Notes under the pieces: generated by a model | Told to the model about the DNA's origin: nothing | The model's input: the letters and a program-made list of their open reading frames with translations, nothing else | Databases searched by the model: none | Program-made: the position numbers and the translations under genes | Part shown: in pieces, positions 60,218 through 64,000 of the stretch | How the letters are laid out: the number at the start of each line of letters is the position of its first letter | How positions within the stretch are numbered: the first letter of the stretch is position 1 | Assembly: GCA_018675975.1 (NCBI GenBank) | Contig: JABGXB010000002.1 | Location: 62,001-126,000 of the forward strand | Length of the DNA stretch: 64,000 bases | Reading direction: 5' to 3' | From: Candidatus Woesearchaeota archaeon | GTDB taxonomy: Archaea > Nanobdellota > Nanobdellia > Woesearchaeales > JABGXB01

Positions 60218-60814
60218 ATGATCAATACAATCATATTTGATTTTGCAGGAGTTATAGCAAAAACCAAATATTTTCCTCAATTAGCATTAAATTTAGGGAA
60301 ACAATTCAACATCGATCCAAAAGTTATAGAGAAACAATTATATGGAAATGAAAGTGAATATTTAATTGGAAAAGAAAGTACAGAAAACTTTTGGAAAAAT
60401 TCATGTTCAAAATTGGGAATCCCTTTAGATGATTTCATACATGCATTTAAAACTTGGTATAAATTAGATTTAGAATTACTCAATTTTATTAAAGAACTTA
60501 AAAAACATTACCAAATTATTCTCCACTCAGATAATTTTGAAGTAGTTTCTTCAAATTTAAGAGAAAATCAAAAATTAAAAGAAGTTTTTGAACAAATGTT
60601 TTTTTCAGATGAAATTCACATGAACAAAAGAAATGTAGAAGCCTTTAAACACGTAATTTGTAAGATTGATAAATCTCCCTCAGACTGTATTTTTACAGAT
60701 GATAAGGAAGCTAACCTTGTAGCCCCAGCACAAATAGGAATAAAAACAATCAAATATGAAAATTTAGAACAATTCAAAAAAGAACTGGCATCTTATTCTA
60801 TAAAGTTTAATTAA
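60218..60814 (+). CDS. HAD superfamily hydrolase (YihX-like)
   Basis: IIFDFAGV, LHSDN, FFSDE..K, IFTDD..N. Confidence 0.85.
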   Translation: MINTIIFDFAGVIAKTKYFPQLALNLGKQFNIDPKVIEKQLYGNESEYLIGKESTENFWKNSCSKLGIPLDDFIHAFKTWYKLDLELLNFIKELKKHYQIILHSDNFEVVSSNLRENQKLKEVFEQMFFSDEIHMNKRNVEAFKHVICKIDKSPSDCIFTDDKEANLVAPAQIGIKTIKYENLEQFKKELASYSIKFN

Positions 60815-60819
60815 GCCTA

Positions 60820-60847
60820 AATCCAAATAACAACTATTAAATAAACT
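60820..60847. other. 28-bp dif/attI-like site AATCCAAATAA-CAACTA-TTAAATAAACT
   Basis: 11-6-11 with TAA-N6-TTA; left arm complementary to the hairpin end at 60120-60129; right arm 10/11 identical to 58886-58896. Confidence 0.55.
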
Positions 60848-60849
60848 TT

Positions 60850-61578
60850 TTAATTAATATTTTTTAAATCTTGAATATTAATTAACTCTTGACTATCATA
60901 ATAATAATTATATAAAAAAGAAAATAATTTTACAAATGGTTTATCTCTTATAATCAATGTCATATTAGATTTAATTAAAGTTATCCACATTCTATTTTCA
61001 TCAACTATTTCTAATGCAATTCCATCATTAGGAATTTGTTTCATTTTATCTTTTAACTTAATCCATCCTTTTATATTACTTTTATTTTCTTCTGTAATTT
61101 GTCCCATACATTTAGATTTTATTTTTTCTTTTCTAATTCTCATCGCACCCTGAATAATTTTTGGATCTAATGAAAAATGATATTTTATACAATAGTCACT
61201 TTTAGTTGCTTTTTCAACTGAACTTATTATTGTATTCCATCCTTTTTTTCCATGATGTATTGTTACTGGTTCTCTTTCTTGAGTATCATAAATTGTTTTT
61301 AATCTATCAATTTCTTTTTCAATTGAATCAATTTTTTCTTTTTTTTCATCTATTATTTTTTTAAGTCTATCAGGATTATTGATTACATAACTTTTGGATT
61401 TTCCTGGAATAACTTTTACAAATCCTTTATGTTCTAAACTTGCAAGAACTGTATATATTTTCCCATAAGGAACACCAGATTCTGCCGCTATTTTAGAAGC
61501 GGAGCTCTTTCCAAGTTCTGTTAAACGCGTAAAAACCCTAGATTCATTATAAGATAGGCCTAATTCTTCAAAATCCAT
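60850..61578 (-). CDS. TrmB family transcriptional regulator
   Basis: LGLSYNESRVF..IAAESGVPYGKIYTVLASLEHKGFV, IVD. Confidence 0.9.
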   Translation of the reverse strand: MDFEELGLSYNESRVFTRLTELGKSSASKIAAESGVPYGKIYTVLASLEHKGFVKVIPGKSKSYVINNPDRLKKIIDEKKEKIDSIEKEIDRLKTIYDTQEREPVTIHHGKKGWNTIISSVEKATKSDYCIKYHFSLDPKIIQGAMRIRKEKIKSKCMGQITEENKSNIKGWIKLKDKMKQIPNDGIALEIVDENRMWITLIKSNMTLIIRDKPFVKLFSFLYNYYYDSQELINIQDLKNIN

Positions 61579-61673
61579 GATATTATAAGTGTTTTATCAC
61601 TTATAAACATGTGTTTTAAAAACAACTAACGTGGTTGCAAATCATTATATACAAACAAAACATTCACTACTGT

Positions 61674-62345
61674 ATGGCTACAACAGAAGAAACAATATAC
61701 ATATTGGATATGGATGGAACTATTATTGATTCAGCCGAAGCATTAATACATGCACAATCTGAAGGTCTTGAAAGATTAGCAAATCAATCTAAAAGAAAAG
61801 ATGAATTTTTGGATGAATTAAAATCGGGTAAATCATTAAAAAATATAGTTACAGATTTAACTCCAAATAATGTTGACAGTCCAATTAATAACTTTTTTAA
61901 TAATTTTTATCAAACACCAAATGTAGAATTAGCATTTCAAAATGGTCAATATAAATTATTTGAAGATTTTGATGAATGGAATAAACAAACATCTGGTAAA
62001 AAAATATTAATATCAAATTCTACAAAAACAGCCACTCAAGCAAAAGCAAATTTATACGATTTAAACTTTGATGGGGTTCACGGAGAATTTGAAGAGGGTA
62101 AATCTAAGCCTTCAATATATATGGGAATAAAAGCCTTGGCTGAATTAACTAAAAAATATCCTTCTTTACAATTAAGTAAGCTTAAAATTATAAATATTGG
62201 GGATAATGAAACAGATATGGAATTTGGATCTAATATTAGAGAGTTTTTTACAAATTATGAAATTGAAAATATTTTAGTTAATAGAAAAGGAAATACAAAT
62301 TCAAAGTATGCAGATAGAATTATAGAAAGTTTTGAGGAATTATAA
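61674..62345 (+). CDS. HAD superfamily hydrolase
   Basis: ILDMDGTIIDS, ISN, KPS, IGDNETD. Confidence 0.85.
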   Translation: MATTEETIYILDMDGTIIDSAEALIHAQSEGLERLANQSKRKDEFLDELKSGKSLKNIVTDLTPNNVDSPINNFFNNFYQTPNVELAFQNGQYKLFEDFDEWNKQTSGKKILISNSTKTATQAKANLYDLNFDGVHGEFEEGKSKPSIYMGIKALAELTKKYPSLQLSKLKIINIGDNETDMEFGSNIREFFTNYEIENILVNRKGNTNSKYADRIIESFEEL

Positions 62346-63358
62346 TGGAAGAATTAAAATTAATTATTGAGAATAAATATGATATTAAAGTAAATAGCAT
62401 AGAACAATTAAATATAAAGACATATAATAAATGTTATAAAATAAAATCTTTAGATAAAGAATATTTTTTTAAACATTTATTTAATAATGAAACAAAAAAT
62501 TTTAAAGCAAAATTAATTGATCAATTAAAAATAATGAACTTTTTTAAAAACAAAGATATTGAAATAATGCTTCCAATAGAAAATAATAAAAATGAATTAT
62601 TAACAGAACACAATTCTGAATTTTATTTATTATATGAATTTCAAAAAATTGATAATAAAAATCCAGATAACTGGGGAGAAATTGCTGCAAAAAAATTAGC
62701 AGAATTTCATAAGATTGGATTTGAATTTAATGAAGAAGTAAATACTGGAACTTATCAATTAAATAAATCAATTCCAGATATAACTAATTTATTTCACCCT
62801 AACAAAGATAAGCGTCCTTCAGTAATCTCAAGATTAAATGATTCTGAATTTTCAAAAAGATTAGAAAAAGATTTACCGTATTTAAAAGAATTAATTATAG
62901 AAATATCTCATTATAATCATAAAGCTGAATTAGGGAAAAAATCAATATTACATTATGATTTAAATGAATCTAATATTTTATTTTCACAAGGTGAATTTTT
63001 TTCAATTACTGATTTTGATTTTTCACATGTTGGACATATTGAAACTGATTTAATTAAATTTGCAAGGTATGCATCATATTGTAAAAAAACAAATACAATA
63101 AATTTAAACAAATTTATTAATTATATAAATATATATAGACAAAGAGCAAAAGAATTAAATTTTGAAGTTATAATTGATAATAGAACTTTTTTTACATATT
63201 TATTGTTCATACCGTTAAGAAGATTAGTTTATGCAGCTGAACAAATATTAAAAGGAACTGAATTAGAATTTTTATATGATATAGATATAGAATTTTTAAA
63301 AAATATGAAATCTATTGAAAATGAATTTATGCAAATAGATTTTAATAAAAAAAATTGA
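62345..63358 (+). CDS. APH-family phosphotransferase
   Basis: YFFK, LAEFH, LHYDLNESN, ITDFD. Confidence 0.8.
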   Translation: MEELKLIIENKYDIKVNSIEQLNIKTYNKCYKIKSLDKEYFFKHLFNNETKNFKAKLIDQLKIMNFFKNKDIEIMLPIENNKNELLTEHNSEFYLLYEFQKIDNKNPDNWGEIAAKKLAEFHKIGFEFNEEVNTGTYQLNKSIPDITNLFHPNKDKRPSVISRLNDSEFSKRLEKDLPYLKELIIEISHYNHKAELGKKSILHYDLNESNILFSQGEFFSITDFDFSHVGHIETDLIKFARYASYCKKTNTINLNKFINYINIYRQRAKELNFEVIIDNRTFFTYLLFIPLRRLVYAAEQILKGTELEFLYDIDIEFLKNMKSIENEFMQIDFNKKN

Positions 63359-63384
63359 TTAGTAAAATTATACACATAAAAAAA

Positions 63385-64000
63385 ATGAAACAAACTAAAA
63401 AAGCCTTTTATCAAGTAAATGAATATTTAAGTTTATGGAAAAAAGCATTAGATGATAATGTTTTAAATGAAAATTTGAAACAAAAAGTCAAAAATGCAAG
63501 TCCATACACAAAAATATTAGATTTAGGTACTGGCTCTGGAACACAAATAAGAAGAAATATTGATGAGAATCTTATTGCAAACAATGGATTAATTATTGGT
63601 GTTGATGTAAATTATGATGGCTTATTAAGTTCTAAACATGATTATGAATTGTGGGCAAAAGAAAATGATTATGAACTAATATTTACAAAATGTGATTCTG
63701 CAGTTTTAAATTTTAAAGTTTCAAAAAATGATTTTAGTTGTTTAATTAAATTGTATAATGTTTCTGTTTATGATTTAAAGAGTTACCGATCAATAGGACA
63801 AAATTTTGATTTAGTGAATGCTTTATCTTTATTTGAACATACAGATATAGAAAAATCAATTAAAGTAGTAAAAAATTTAATGAATGATGGTGCATACTTA
63901 TATGCTCCAATAAATTATAATGGTATTACTCAAGTTCGACCTTTAGCTGATGACTTATCTGAGCAACAAGATAATAATTTAATGGAATTATTTAATGAAA
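63385..64000 (+). CDS. class I SAM methyltransferase (3' truncated by window edge)
   Basis: open frame read by hand from ATG 63385: ILDLGTGSG, IGVD, FDLV..LFEH, DGAYLY. Confidence 0.75.
   Translation, partial: MKQTKKAFYQVNEYLSLWKKALDDNVLNENLKQKVKNASPYTKILDLGTGSGTQIRRNIDENLIANNGLIIGVDVNYDGLLSSKHDYELWAKENDYELIFTKCDSAVLNFKVSKNDFSCLIKLYNVSVYDLKSYRSIGQNFDLVNALSLFEHTDIEKSIKVVKNLMNDGAYLYAPINYNGITQVRPLADDLSEQQDNNLMELFNE

Larger units (their letters stand above)
56992..60847. mobile_element. putative gene-cassette array delimited by attC/dif-like recombination sites; no integrase in window
   Basis: co-oriented 11-bp arm + C cores at 56992, 57429, 58276, 58867, 60011, 60820, one per gene junction. 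Confidence 0.6.

Noticed and set aside
3835..63414. Short antisense or overlapping ORFs in the track (e.g. 3835, 4975, 7594, 8481, 12927, 15508, 17231, 35743, 50784, 55850, 58574, 63229)
   Set aside because: They lie within well-supported genes and have no motifs or promoters.

Overview
Very AT-rich, gene-dense chromosomal window from a DPANN-type archaeon (Woesearchaeota/Pacearchaeota-like; inferred from archaeal SUI1, presenilin-like PSH, OGG2, TrmB, AbrB-PhoU and CARF-wHTH regulators, and TATA boxes about 20-25 nt before most ATGs). It encodes bacterial-type fermentative carbon enzymes (xfp, ackA, rpiB, gap, pgk, rpe, gpmI), pyrC/pyrF, a liv ABC transporter, thiol-redox genes and many nucleotide house-cleaning enzymes. 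I found no rRNA, tRNA, CRISPR array, transposase or integrase. Main discoveries: (1) an integrase-less array of five single-gene cassettes (56992-60847) separated by co-oriented recombination-like sites, one an intact attC/attP-like hairpin, ending in a 28-bp 11-6-11 dif-like site, which suggests Xer/dif- or integron-type cassette stacking in an archaeon; (2) an 881-aa sigma-70 protein behind an archaeal TATA promoter, with intact region 4 but decayed promoter-melting residues; (3) a CARF-wHTH regulator with a symmetrically placed operator that recurs upstream of a thiol-redox operon; (4) a coupled PIN nuclease-RNA ligase pair. All calls come from reading motifs by eye; no searches were run.
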